Shown here piece after piece: positions 12,741-26,920 of a stretch of 64,000 nucleotides of DNA. Within the stretch, counting starts at the first letter, position 1. Every line of letters begins with the position of its first letter. A program made the position numbers and the translations under genes. Below the pieces are notes generated by a model. It was not told the DNA's origin and did not search any database. It saw nothing but the letters and a program-made list of their open reading frames with translations. The stretch is taken from assembly GCA_000934665.2 (NCBI GenBank), contig KZ538020.1, forward strand, positions 1 through 64,000, in the 5' to 3' direction. This stretch comes from Catajapyx aquilonaris. Its lineage: Eukaryota.

Positions 12741-15429
12741 AAATTATGATTAATTCGTGAATTCAAAACTAAACCTAATAACCCAGATGTGTGTATATGA
12801 ATAAAAATGGACTAAATAGAGTAGGAGGATGGAAATCTCGGTAATGTTGCCAGGATGACAGGACTAATCCGGCTACAGCAGGCAGAGAGACCTGAACACC
12901 GGTATGAGAAATGGTGGTAATAGTGCAGGACTTTACACTGGTACATGTGTCGCGATTCTGGCCAAGTAGATGAGGAATCCTATACTGACAAACAGCCTCG
13001 GTGACAAATCTGTTCCTCCCAAAGTGCACTAGCTGTTTCCCTCCTCCCCCTCTCCCCTCTCTCCCTCCCACTCCCGCCGGCTCCAGTTTTAATACGAACT
13101 TAACGACATGTTCGTATAACCCAACTTGGCTGCGCGAGTAATCTATCCACGTGGAGCGCTACGTGAATTAGCCTTCAAACCCGCAGCAAAAGTGCCATAT
13201 AGAGCACATAACAGTGTTACTAATGCTCACGGCAACCTTTACATTTGAGACACCTCGCCGTTGGCATTATCGGATTAAATCATTATGGTATTAGCCCAAG
13301 CCTACTATTACTGTACTTTAATAAATTAAAGGCTGAATTATTTCAGTGCAGCGTATACTCAGGGCACACCAGGTGTAACTGTAATAAGCAGAATGGGAGA
13401 AAATGAGAAAATAAACCGGCTCACCTTTCCCAGCCACTGTCTCATGTGCCCAGTTTATTTATTTCTGCCAAATTATTCTTTAGTATTGTAATATTCGAAC
13501 TAGTATTGACAATATTCGTTAGAGCCTATTTCTTTTTTTGCGAAATATATTTTTAAAAATTTGAAAGCGGAACTATAAATTTTCATCATTATGGCTATTG
13601 TGGGTTAGTAGCTTTTTTTACATATATTCGGGCCTACAGGTGCCATCTTGACGATTCTATGCTATGGATGGCGAATCAATAAGAAGGTCCCGACTTTGAA
13701 GAAGAGGCTCAAGTGGCTTCTCGTCGCCGCATTCATGCCGACGCTCGTTACCCGCTCTAATTGCGCAAACACTCTCCCATTGCTTTCTTCCCAACTACAA
13801 AAGGCTGCTGTTGGCCCCCGCCAAATCGGATTCATTATACCTTTACTTTTCCTGCTTGCTCTCAACTCAATTACACTGCGGCCCAGGTGAGTACTGATTG
13901 ATCCCCAGGATGATAAATGGAACCTTCACACGCCTGCCTCCCAGTACATACTATATTCTTTCATTCTTTTTCTATGTCTTGAGAGCCCATTTGATCCAAG
14001 TCAGAAAATCCCCTCCATCTGGAATGTCGTGGTGGTGAGGAGGGTTATATAAGGCCAAGAGGGAGATGAAAATGGGGGGTAGGGGAGGGGGTAGGTTCGA
14101 CTTTGGCATCCCTGCCACGAAGCGAGGGCCTGAAAACTGAGTGCGGCCACAGAGGGTGTCATTTATATTCGAAATATTCTTAGGCAGATATGGGGATTTG
14201 GGGAGACATTAACCTAACCCCCTTCCGCGGTGGAAATCGGGCGCGGAATCGTCGCTGCCGCGAGCCGCTTTGATGAATGAAATCGGCCTAATCCGACAGC
14301 CCAGCTCGGATCGGTATTAACATGCAGCTAGAGAAGAGGAGAAAATGGCACCGCCTTGCTATAAGCCCAGAAAAAAAAAATTTCCCGGGGAAGGGTCCCC
14401 CCACTGGTGCAAGCCACCCTTTTTGACCTGGCCTTTTTCCTCCCGACACCCCCACCCACTCCCCCCTCAAAGCTGCTCGATCTTCGCAGCCTCCTTCGTC
14501 GCGCCTGATAAATGCATTCGTGAAGCGATTTGGGTCATAAATCACATTAAGCCACTGCCTCCCCAAATGTTCCGAAGGAAATATTAATGTTTCGTCTCGC
14601 CATCTCCAGCCTTATTTTTTGGAGGGTGTCTCACTCCTAGGATCAGGACAAAGGACTATTTATTTATCGGTGCCTCCCCTCACAGGTGACTTGAAGGAAA
14701 TAAAGTCTTTCTACACCTATTTTCAGATTCCAATTTGCGGGCTTATCTGAGTAAGAGTGGAAAAACTACAGCAGCCCAAAGGTAGCCATGCGGAATCCAG
14801 GGCGGAAATCACTTAGGCGCAAAAACACTAGGCCCCAACGGATGATTTACGAGGGAGGAAGTTATCACGTGACCCGATCTTAATTATGGGGATTGGGGCT
14901 CGCTCCGTTTGACAGCCAATGAAATACGGCCTGGCTACTAAGGTGCAGCAGGTAGTACAGTGGTGCTGCAGCGGTACAGTCCCTGGGAAAATAGGGGGTG
15001 AGGGGGAGAGAGAGAGAGAGAGAAGCAAGAGAGAGAATCAACTCATCTCTGGGGTGTGCTGATGACCAAGGCAAGTTGCGGGCGGCTGCCTTCACTTGGG
15101 ACGTGACGGGCTTGGGGAATTAGAAGCCCAAAGGCCTTTCGTGTGCCCAAATGGAGCGACAAAGGCGCGACTAATACTTGGCGCTGCACCAAATTTACCT
15201 GCCTCCTTTGTTTAGTTTGGGCTCAAAGTGCGTTATTGTATAGCTTGATAAGGCGGAAAAGGTGATGCGGCAGGCAGACAGGGCGGGACACGGCCTCGCG
15301 AGACCCCAAACAGGTCAAACAGAATATTCGACTCCGCCTGGCCTTTCTCCGGACAGGACTCTGAATCTTGTTAGGGACCTATCTTAATCAGGGTAAAAAT
15401 GATCCTGGTTTCAACACGGTCTACATGAT

Positions 15430-15932
15430 GTTCTAACAATTTCGACAAAGAAAGTGCCAGATCATTCTACTTGTACCACCCTGTATATGCAATACTGCAT
15501 GTATGAGATGGTTCTGATCCGATTCATGATATGCAAATATTCATCACGGTACTTCTGACACACTCGACGTACAAACATCCAGATCATTCAACGTGCATCA
15601 CATTGTACAGACAATTAGTGCATGTATGATAATATTCGTTCTGATAGTCTGATTCTTGGTATATGCAAATATCCATCCGGGTGACAAATAATTATGTTCG
15701 CCGAACAAACGTCCAGATCATTCGACATGCACTACCCTGTATATCCGACGGTGGAAGTTTGAGACGAATTAGTTTCGATGTTGGATATATGCAACTATTA
15801 ATCACTGTACAAATAATCGTGTTCTGATACACTCGACGAACAAACGTCCAGATCATTCGGCTTGTACCACCCTGTACATCTACCACTGCAAGTATAAGAA
15901 GAATCGGTTCCGATGTTGGATATGCAAATATT
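15430..15932. repeat. Old degenerate tandem repeat, 4 units of about 122-135 bp
   Basis: Anchor ccagatcatt at 15457, 15579, 15713 and 15848; each unit also ends in tatgcaa(a/c)tat. Confidence 0.85.
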
Positions 15933-18900
15933 GTCCAGTAGAGTTGCAGTACATGGGTAGTCCGGGGGCCGTCTGCCGGTCGAACTAGCAAACTCTCCTT
16001 TAAAGCCCCCCATTTCTCTTGGCAGCCCAAGCCTTTTGCCATTTGCCAGTTGATTTCTCCTCGTCTCTTATTGCAAGGCCCCTCGGCGTCCTATCAGAGG
16101 CCGGGAGCGTGGGCCTATCAGCCGTGGGTCCACATAAATAATGCAAATTACGCCCGTCCTCTTGACGTTTTGACACAGGCCCGCTCGCTTTATGACATTA
16201 GCCCAGACAAGGGAGTCCCCACGCCGGGCGATAAACGACCAACATGCGAAACTATCACTTCCCCCCTCTCTCACTCCCCCACAACCCTCCCCCAACCCCC
16301 CCTTTCTGCCTTGATCTCTCTCGCCCTGCTCTAGCTCGACCGTTTCTAGCAACGCGCTTCCTCCGACAAAAGAAATCGGGGCGACCCCCAAGGTGCGCAA
16401 TACCGTCCAGATAAGGCTATTCTCCAGCCCTTATTGCGACAATGTGGTTGGAGTGCAGTGCATGTGATCGATACCAGCCTGATGCCTTTCAGGTCGACCG
16501 ATTTGGTGCACGCGTGGGCGATTCGTCACGTGGCTGTCATGTTGCTCCACAAGACAGCTCCTAATCACGCTTCTTATAATTCTTCGGGTCGAAGGTCTTT
16601 TCCACTGAAAATCTTTGCGGAGTACAAGAAACCGCCACTAGTGCGGCGACACATTAGCATAGGTGATTAAAATATTATACACTGCCACGGTGTATGGGTG
16701 ATCTTCGAGGTAGGTCCGGTGGGTGCGGCAAGAAGCGCGCAACCTAATGGCGATCCGATGCACGGTCATTAAGGTGGGCGAGTGAGGGCAGGGGGAGGAG
16801 AAGCGGGGGTCCTGATGGGAAGGGAGGTAATCACCATAAGTTTTATTAGAAGGCGCCTTGTGGGAAATGAGGCCCGGCAACAAAGGCAGGGCAGCGATCG
16901 AAGGAGAAGGACTCTCATTTGATAGGTCTCGATAGTCCTGTAATAGGATGATGGGGCAAGTCAGCGAGCTTCTTGGGACCTGGAGGAAGAGGGAGTTCCC
17001 TGTTCGTATTATGCTCGCCGATCTAATGGCCACTTGGTAATTGTCAGGGTGGCCATTGTTCCCCCCTAAGCTGTCGATTGTTAATAAAATAATGTATCCC
17101 TACCGGCACTCGCCATGACACGAGCTCGATATTTCAAGCACTTTGGGCGAAACAAGAATGTTCATTTGCCCACAAAGATTTGGCAATATAGAACACGTGT
17201 GGTAACGCTTTAATAAATTCATTACTTGTGCACTCATTTACATAGTTAAGTACTTTCATGCCCAAATTACACCAGTGTTGTAACAGCGACATCTAGCAAT
17301 ATTTAGGCGCAGGTTTCTCAGTACCCGGTATAGTAAATAAGTAGCAAGTAAATACTGCCGCTTCCGAATCCCATGAGGCCAGGGGCTATTGGAGGCGCCT
17401 GTGCGTCAATCATTACTCCGAAGCGAACATTCAAGGATGGCTTGAGGTCATCCTGGCGCCCAAATGACCCTGTATCAATCACGTGGCGCCCAGAGGACAG
17501 GAAGATTACAGGTCTTTGCTCCCACCCTTTCCACCCACCGACCCATCAGTGTACATACCTGGGTACAAAGATTTACAACAAACCCTTCGATTCCAGCACG
17601 TCCAATCGAGGCTTTCATTAGCAAAGGGTGCAGATGGCCAATAACGCAATGTCTCTGAATTTGGGTCCCCTCCGCCCCCATTCCTCAGCAAGGGTCATAA
17701 TGGCATTACGAAGCAAAGTGGTCATTGACGAACTGCATGATGAGGCAGTAAAATCATCTTTTATGCGATGCATAACTCAAGGAAGCCCTACCATTATCCC
17801 AAGAATGTTTAGCCGTTCAAAGCGTGAGATTAATGCCCTCCGAACATTCCTATACCGACTGAACATTTACCAAGCAGTACTCTCCTCCCTTTCTTCGTTT
17901 TCCATTTTTTTCTTTCATTTTTTTATTGACTCCTGAAGGCCCAGCAGCAACAGGATGGGCGGAAGGGGTAATTTCAAGCTGGCGTGCCTGCAAAGTGCGG
18001 TTTACATCTGGTGACCTATGATCCTCACCAGTGGCAGCTACCTAGTCCACAAGCAACTCCAAATCGTGCTGACCACTATACCCCCGGAAAAGTCATTTAC
18101 AGCCGTAATATACAGAACGTGCTGATATGAGGAAGCAAATAACTGCAAATTTGAATACCCATTTCTACCCCTCCAAAAATATGGACCTCGAAAAACCGGG
18201 TGAATCAAAGAGATCGTCAACTGCGCCGAACCGAACCACCTGTTGCACAACCCTCGCCAATATTGGCCGAGAGGGTGGGGATGTGGGCCCTGCCACTGTT
18301 CAATAATCGCCCAAAATTATCGTGAGAATACCCACCCTTCAGGGGGAAGGAAAGAGCCCCGGAAAAACAGAAATTCCTACAAGTTTGGCGTGAGTGACCT
18401 ATGGCAACCCTGAGGGCTGTGCAAATATTTCCCTGCGCTCTGACTAAACGCAGTTATTAGTCGACGAGGAAAAACAATCTGCTTACCCCCGCACAAAACG
18501 CAAATTCCGTTACAAAGATCCAATTTGCTTCTTAATTCCGCATCGAGCATCGCACGACTCAAGTACAAAAAGACGGCAAAAAAACAACGTTTCCGTCCCT
18601 AGAAGAAAACTGAGAAATGTAGACTCGTCTAGGCGAATTCGACCTATGCCAACCCAGCCGTCAACCATACCAGACAATATCCCGCCAAACGCACCAGCTT
18701 AGCATTGGAAATTATGCTAATTCGCGCTAATGTTCACACTGACGTATGGCTGCAAATTTCAACGCTTAGGTGGCGAAAAAATTCGCGAACAAAAAATTCG
18801 CAAGTGTAGGTAGGGAATAATGTTCCAGGTGATTACTTTGTCCTCTGTAGCTGCATACAGATTATTTCCTAGCTCCCAATTCTCCCGATTACACGGGTTA

Positions 18901-19110
18901 TTTCCCAGAGGGAGCAACAAACACTTAAACTCTTAAAGCGATTAATATCCCTAATTGATTCTTAAGACCCCGGAAGTCGGCGGAAAGATAGATGGAAGCC
19001 CTGAAGGTGAGAGGGAAAAAGGAGTAGCTTCAATCAGAGTTTCAACTGGAAGATCTGGAGATATATTTAATATTGGGTTCCAGTTTGTCTTAGAGTGCTA
19101 GGAGGCCTAC

Positions 19111-19500
19111 GGGGAGAGTACTCTGCTTGTATGGAGCATGTGGGGATAGTCCTCTGCTTGTATGTAGCCTGGGGGAGAGTACTCTGCTTGTATGGAGCCT
19201 GTGGTGAGAGTCATCTGCTTGTATAGAGCCTGGGGGAGAGTACTCTGCTTGTATAAAGCTTGGGGGAGAGTTCTCTGCTTGTATGGAGCCTGGGGGAGAG
19301 TCCTCTGCTTGTATTGAGCCTAGGGGGAGAGTCCTCTGCTTGTATTGAGCATAGGGGAGAGTACTCTGCTTGTATGGAGCATAGGGGAGAGTACTCTGCT
19401 TGTATGGAGCCTGGGGGAGAGTACTCTGCTTGTATGGAGCCTGGGGGAGAGTACTCTGCTTGTATGGAGACTAGAGGGAGAGTACTCTGCTAGTATGAAC
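19111..19500. repeat. 30-bp minisatellite, about 13 copies
   Basis: Consensus gggggagagtactctgcttgtatggagcct; units are head-to-tail with no unique spacers, and the consensus contains the palindrome AGAGTACTCT. Confidence 0.97.
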
Positions 19501-19759
19501 CCTAGTTCATACTAGCAGAGTACTCTCCCTCTAGTCTGGGTCACTCAGTTCACACCTGTTGAGTATACAACCAAATTCTAGCTATATAGCCTCTCTGGAG
19601 CATAGGGGAGAGTACTCTGCTTGTATGGAGACTAGAGGGAGAGTACTCTGCTAGTATGAACCCTAGTTCATACTAGCAGAGTACTCTCCCCTATGCTCCA
19701 GAGAGGCTATATAGCTAGAATTTGGTTGTATACTCAACAGGTGTGAACTGAGTGACCCA
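19468..19759. repeat. Nested perfect inverted repeats (33-bp and 85-bp arms)
   Basis: 19468-19500 / 19505-19537 perfect with loop CCTA; 19537-19621 / 19675-19759 perfect 85-bp arms enclosing a second copy of the CCTA hairpin. Confidence 0.95.
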
Positions 19760-22240
19760 AGATGCGATATCCAGCTTCATACGGGATACACTTTCCTGAC
19801 CAATGAGAGTTTGTGAACCTTTCTTGTACTGGATCTAAGCTTTAAACCCCCCCCCGATTTATTTATGATCCCACTCCCTCCGCAAACTATCGGCCAGAGA
19901 GCAGACGATGTTGCCGCTCTGACAAGGAGGGGTTCCAAAAAATGCCTATTGAAAGGTGGGGGATTTAGAGGGGCCCGGGTCACTGCGGGGTCAGCCATTA
20001 AAGCCGCAGGTGGGAGGGAGTACCACAAAAGACCTCCGAGTCTCCATTTTAATAGCCTCCGCCTTTATGCTCCTTCCATCACTCTGCTTTGTTGCTTAAT
20101 CTTGCCCATAGTGGCCCGCTCTAATCCCGCCTACGTGGAATTTTACACCAAATGTTAATTAATCTCGCGGAGGAAAATAATCCTGCTTTCACACTCTCTC
20201 ATATTTCTCGCCTGAACCTGATAAGTACTTGCGGATCAACCGCCTGGTCGAGATGTGTATACACAGGACCGTGCTTCGACAGGTGTGGCCCTCATCTCCA
20301 AAGTTTCAAAGGTCGACGACGTAGCCTGTGGAAGCAACAGGGGCGTATCCTCTGGAACATCCTGTGATTAATGACACGCCACCTATATCTGATACCACTT
20401 TTCAATAAGGGAACGTTGGATACGTTGCCCCTGCCGTTATGCCACCTGGTCCTCAATCGTGCCTTGTAAGTTGCCACACTGTGCAGGATACCCTGCTGGT
20501 CAACCTGTTGCTTTTTCCATTGCCATTTTTTTTCCCCCTCCAACCTCCGCCCTTCCCCATCACTTCTACAGCCAATAGACCATCCATTATTGACGAGATC
20601 GGCTAAAGGAACAGGTCGTCCCAGCGCTCCTACACGATCGAACCACGCTGTTTTTTCCGCCCCTTTAACCCCGCACCAGCACCAGCGACATCCTATGGAT
20701 ATCTACATATCCACTGAATCTCCAGTAGATATTTCGACTGCTACTTGGGAGGCTATTGAACTACCAATTTATAGTCTTCTCCAAAAATTTTGGTGCAACG
20801 ATGAAAATTGCACCACTGCAATCGTATAACGCCCGCATCAGCCCCCAAAAGACTGAGGATTTTGTAGGCAAATGAGAAGTAGAATGAGGCAAGCCCAGGT
20901 GATTGGGTCATCATCAGCCCAGGTTGGGATTGAATCGCGGGGTCAATTCCATTGGCGCCTTGCCAAAGAGGGCATAAGTGGCTGTGCCTGGCCCCCCCGT
21001 ATGTGGCCCATCGGCACAACTACCGCAGCCTGCAAATTACTGCCAAGATCCGCCGATGATACCACGCCAGAGTTCCGCCAAAAAAACGGGGGAGCGCAAA
21101 AAAGGGAAAGTGCCATTACCCCCTTCAGAAAACAGCTGCCCGCAGCCTCATACCCCTCTGACTTTTGCTAATGTGGATTCCTAATGGACTAGAAGCATTG
21201 GTCACACTCTGGGGGTGATTCAGCCTCAAAAATTGGCTCAGATGCCAGTCACTCGGACGTGCCACGGAATCATCAGAGCGCCGCTCATTGTCCTGCTGGT
21301 CCTGCTCCGCGCCTCTCAGCGCTGCTGCTCCTGCTCCGCGTCACTCAGCGCTGCTGCTCCTGCTCCTGCTGAGCACCAATCCAATTTATCCATAGAATTG
21401 ATGTTTCCCTAGAGTCCAAATAGGCAACTCCAATATGGAACCGATCGAAGAACTTCGCCTCAAAAAAAGGCCAAATCTGTGCAAGCTGTCGTTTGTCACG
21501 AAAGATGCAGTCGATTGGTGGGTCTAAACGCGTCTCTCGATCCCCGAAAATCAAATTCCTTAAGTGAAAAATCCAATCAAAGCTTCGGAGACGGTTCACT
21601 TGATAAGATACGGCCACTTTGGGCGCGTTCCCCTCTTCTCTTGAAGAAGAGCACTTTCAGAGAAAAAAGAACGTTGCCTTCTCAAAGCTTTCGCCCATAA
21701 GTGTATGGGGAGGATTCGAATGAGAGAAAAAAAAGTAAGAAAACAATTCCATTGAGAGGAATTGTGTGTTGGGCTTGGGAGAGACGTTGTTCACATCTAG
21801 ACCGGTGGAACACACACACAAACTTGTCTCTGCTTTAAAGGAACGATAACCGCCCAATTGGTGTGCGCCGTTAACTTCTTCCTTAATCCTTTTAGGGATA
21901 TCTTATGCCTGGTTTAGAAACAAAAAAAATAGGGGGTGGTTTCAAGTGGGATCGTTTAGCTTCACGTCATGACTGTTTCTTAGCGTGGATAACTAGGAAA
22001 CGCGCTCAGGATGCCACGTGGTCACTGGTGTCCACACTCGATTGGCATTTTAAAATAATTGACAAACCACTTTGTTATTGTTGTGATTGTGTAATTATGT
22101 GTCCAGAACTGCTGAATTAACCTCTCCTCCCTCATGACCAAAATTATTGTTTACATACTAATGTGGTTTTTCACTGTCACTATTATTTCACAGCTCTATT
22201 TGCCCCATAAAAGGTGACGTACTGGCAGCAACGGGGTATA

Positions 22241-22458
22241 CATGGTGTTCCAGATTCGTGGATCACTTTTTAATAACTGATATCGCCCGATAACAGTTAT
22301 TTTTGTAGCTTGTTGTGCCCTCAACCATTTGTCCCATTACATAGCAGGTGCTATATAGAATGGATCACATGGTTAGGGGCACAACAAGCTACAATAATAA
22401 CTGTTATCGGGCGATATCAGTTATCAAAAAAGTGACCCACGAATCTGGATTATACCTG
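22241..22458. mobile_element. MITE family M1 (CAGGGTG-terminal, Tc1/mariner-like), copy 1
   Basis: Long imperfect TIRs (...ataactgatatcgcccgataacagttatttttgtagcttgttgtgccc / gggcacaacaagctacaataataactgttatcgggcgatatcagttat...), TA at the left flank, no coding capacity; three more copies in the window. Confidence 0.88.
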
Positions 22459-22609
22459 CGTAATAAAATAATAATATCCCACCCGAACTTGAGGTCAATG
22501 GTTGAAACAAAATTTTCCAACCTCGACCTTAATGTTATTATATTATATTTGATATCCACTAAGTAGCTATTAAAAGCCATTTAAAAATTCGCAGCTTAGT
22601 GGAAAAATA

Positions 22610-22985
22610 CAGGGTGGTCCAAATGCGTGGGTCGTTTTTATCACCCGATAGTAGTTCTTTTTTGTAGGTTGTTGTGCCCCTAACAAGGTGCCACTTACTC
22701 TCAGCGGGTCTAATATAGCAGTTGCTATAGAATGGGACATATCGTTAGGGGCACAACAAGCTACAAAATATAACTACTATCGGGCGCAAGGGGTTAACCA
22801 CTTCTGTACTCCGGTGTACACCTGCAGTGGTATTCCTTAGGTACTCCTTGATACTCCCAGGTACTCCTTGGTACTCAATGGTACCCATTGAATTTGGTAC
22901 TTCTGTAGTTTAGTGTACACTTTAGGGTGGATTGGTCGGGCGATATCAGTTATATAAAAACGACCCACGAATTTGGAACACCCTG
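22610..22985. mobile_element. MITE family M1, copy 2, with a 149-bp insertion in the right TIR
   Basis: TA|CAGGGTGGTCCAAATGCGTGGGTCG ... CGACCCACGAATTTGGAACACCCTG; insert 22787-22935 flanked by the direct repeat TCGGGCG. Confidence 0.88.
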
Positions 22986-23934
22986 ATATAATCAATTCAA
23001 CCTGACCTACCAGTCCAACAATTGCAATTGACAAAAATCAATTAAGATTGATCCTGCAAAATTACAATCAGGACATCCAGACTTTCCATCCTATAATCTT
23101 ACAGTACGCCCTTAGCAAAGTTAATGATCCGTGCTGGTAGTGCGCCATGGAACGACTTAACCAGCGCGATGTTTCACGTTCTCCGATAGATTCTTGTCTA
23201 TATGTACCGACTACAGCATGAATTCCGGCCAGTCCCCCTCCCTCCCCCTCCTCCCCATCACCTATCCCCCCCTTCCAACAACCCTCCCTTGAAACTGCAC
23301 CGATGGCCAACGACCCTAACTGATTGGATTTCATAAAGAAATAAACCGGGGACCGAACAGTTTCATTTTACTGCATAATAAGATAAGCCCTCCCCGCTCC
23401 CTCCCTCCCACTTTCCCCCCCATCCTACCACCCACCCACCTCCCCCTCCCGCTAATCGCCTCATTTGGCATACAGTTACAGTATTCCGACCGGACTTTCA
23501 TTACACCGCGTACTTCATACCACCTATATTGTTCATAATTTTGCGCCATTCGTTTTTGTTTCAGATCCAAATCTCTCCCCCCCCTCCCCCCCTCCCCCCC
23601 TCTTTTTCCGGAACTCATCAATACCGCCGAGCCCGCTTAATTGTTCCCAACACGCAAGGTCACAATTATTAGACCGAAAGGAGGATATCACTAGCAGCAC
23701 GCACATTCGGCTGCTGTAATCCCAACGCAGCAGCGACTAAGCCTACTGCCTCACATTGCATATCCAAGAATAGAGCATAATAGAAATTGCCCCAGGTTTG
23801 TTTGGTCACCGAACACTATTGTTGCATGTGGGGGGGTCCTGTTCAGGGCTCATAACTTGATGACAATGTGTACTGACGTCATTCATAAATTGTTGATGGC
23901 ATTATTGTCCATAAAAATTCTGAAAATATATCGT

Positions 23935-24075
23935 GTACTATGGGGCTCAATGGCCACTTTATCCTGGTCTTGAAGCAACCCTTCACACAGACACACTTGC
24001 TCACCGTGGGGCAAGTGCGAAGGGTTGCTTCAAGACCAGGATAAAGTGGCCAAAACAATTTGAGCCACATAGTAC
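23935..24075. repeat. Long hairpin-forming inverted repeat
   Basis: Perfect 34-bp arms 23951-23984 / 24019-24052, extended outward by gtactatggggctcaa / ttgagccacatagtac and inward by cacttgc / gcaagtg. Confidence 0.9.
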
Positions 24076-24261
24076 CGACTCCATTAAACAAATAGCGTCT
24101 ACAAGTATATGTACTGAGTAGCCTACTGTAGACGGTATTTGACGTCCAAGTCGGTACATGAATCGTGATGTACCATTTACATGTCAGTACATCTGACGAT
24201 GTGCTGACTACAAGTCAGTACCGTAAACTGATCGTCTCCCTTCGAGTATCTTTTATAATAC

Positions 24262-24607
24262 CAGGGTGTTCCAAATTCGTGGGTCGTTTTTTATAACTTA
24301 TTGCCCATAATAGTTATTTTTTGTAGCTTGTCGTTGTGCTCCTATCCAGGGGGTCGAATATAGCAGTTGATATAGAATGGGACACCTGGTTAGGGGCACA
24401 ACAAGCTACAAAAATAACTACTATCGGGCGATAAGTTATAATAACTGTTATCGCCCATAGTAGTTATTTTTGTAGCTTGTTGTGCCCCTACCCAGGGGAT
24501 CGAATATAGCAGTCGCTATACTGGCTAGGGGCACAATAAGCTACAAAAAATAACTACTATCGGGCGATAACAGTTATAAAAATGACCCACAAATTTGGAA
24601 ATAACCC
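24262..24607. mobile_element. MITE family M1, copy 3 (internally dimeric)
   Basis: CAGGGTGTTCCAAATTCGTGGGTCG start and gacccacaaatttggaa end; the internal TIR-core-TIR unit is present twice, joined near 24435-24445. Confidence 0.88.
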
Positions 24608-25860
24608 AGGTAGTGGGAAATATATTATTTTGTTGATCACATGTGTATTTGGAATGGTGCATATCCCGATGGGTGAACGTTGTGGGTAAGCATTTGACAT
24701 AGAAAAGTGTGTAATAATGCACATACCAAGTGCGATCGGAATTGACACATGTGGTCAAGCGAGTAAATATCGAGCTGGCCATACACGCGCCGGAAATGAC
24801 CGCGTGGTTGAATCATCGATCTATAAATCACTGGACCGCGACCTAATCGATTAGGAACATTCATGAGTCAGTAATAGTTTCAAAACGATTAGTGGATCAT
24901 GCAAATTGTAAGGGTTTTGGCTTAACAATGTGCGTGTTCTTTGCATTTTCCTATCATCCGGCGCTTGTAAATAATCGCATCCATGGGCGCGGATTTTTCG
25001 CTCTGCTTATTTTTGCTCTAGACGCGATTCGAGCCCGGATTTTTTTTATGCGATTTCCAGTGTGTGGGTATGTGTGTGTGTGTATACAGTACAATGTTAA
25101 GCCTAAGCTGGAAGTGTAGCGTCTGAGTCCCGCATGCGCCGACAGCTTTCTCATATTGCGAGGTACCCGGAGACATTTTTGTCCATCCGCTGATTCCGCA
25201 TCCGGAGAGCGACATATAAGCTCCGCCGACCTCGAATATGTAAATGATGTTCATGGCGATATAAGCTGCACAGATGTGCGGCCCCGTATACGTACAGCAG
25301 GCTATCCATCCCTCCTGTCCTCCAATCCAAACTTTGGGTTTTTAATGACATGGCGCATCCCCTCCCTCCCCAGCCCTTATCCCCATCCACCCAACTGCAT
25401 TAATTTCAAACCCAACTTCTGGATGTTGGTCCTATTGGAAACTCGGGGTGCGCTGGCGAATTGTTCTTGTGCCTTGGCTTGAATGGCCGCCGGCGCAATG
25501 TCACCCCCGCTGGTTTTTACCGATCATTTTCCACATATCCTCTTCATACTCTCCGCTCACCAGAAAATCACCGATGGTCTGTATTCAAAATTTCCAACCC
25601 AAAAAATATCGTGTTCGCGAATTTTTAATTCAGTATCTATACAATATATCTGGATGTATACGTCCCACAAGTATCCCGTGGACATCCATGGAATATTGGG
25701 CTAAATATCCCATGGACATCCACGAATGGCCATAGGATGTCCCTGGAATATCTCCCTTCTTTTCCTCCCACAATTACCCTACATATTCCTTGTTCTTAAC
25801 AATCATATTGGCCCAGGATCAAGAACCTCCTTCCCTCCCCCGTCTGTCAAAATAGTACAT

Positions 25861-26180
25861 TTTTATTTATTTATTTTATTTATTTTATTTTATTTTTTAT
25901 AATACCCCGTGACAGGGTGGAGCCCTTGTAGGGGGAAGGGGGAGGTTCCCAAGGGAGGGCACTGTAATTATAGTCATTTCTGACTTTCTGAAATACACCA
26001 GGCCTTTTCTCCTGGCCCTGAGCAGAGTAGGGAGTGCAATTCTGCCCCGGCACGTCGGGTGAAAAGCGGAAAAAGACCAAGCAGCCAACGGCCAAGCAGA
26101 GGTGATGGGGACGGGATTTGAACCCCGGCCTCCCGCTTGGGCTGGCCAGTGGCGTAACCACCAGACCACCATGCCTCCCT
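25861..26180 (-). mobile_element. SINE family B (tRNA-Gly(GCC)-like head), copy 1, full length
   Basis: Minus strand starts GGGAGGCATGGTGGTCTGGTGG (A-box-like) ... GCGGGAGGCCGGGGTTCAAATCCC (B-box); ends cacggggtattata followed by an (AAAAT)n-type tail. Body is nearly colinear with the copies at 26405-26760 and 28278-28487. Confidence 0.88.
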
Positions 26181-26184
26181 TTTA

Positions 26185-26920
<736 letters not shown>

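Noticed and set aside
19111..19500. Regular 30-bp repeats resembling a CRISPR array
   Set aside because: Units are contiguous with no unique spacers, the context is eukaryotic and there are no cas genes; it is a minisatellite.
23240..23600. C-rich/G-rich tracts as G-quadruplex candidates (also near 1-115, 850-900, 2580-2616 and 56690-56765)
   Set aside because: Such tracts are scattered throughout the window and homopolymer lengths may be unreliable (Ns at 1062, 11556, 61038); no specific evidence of function.
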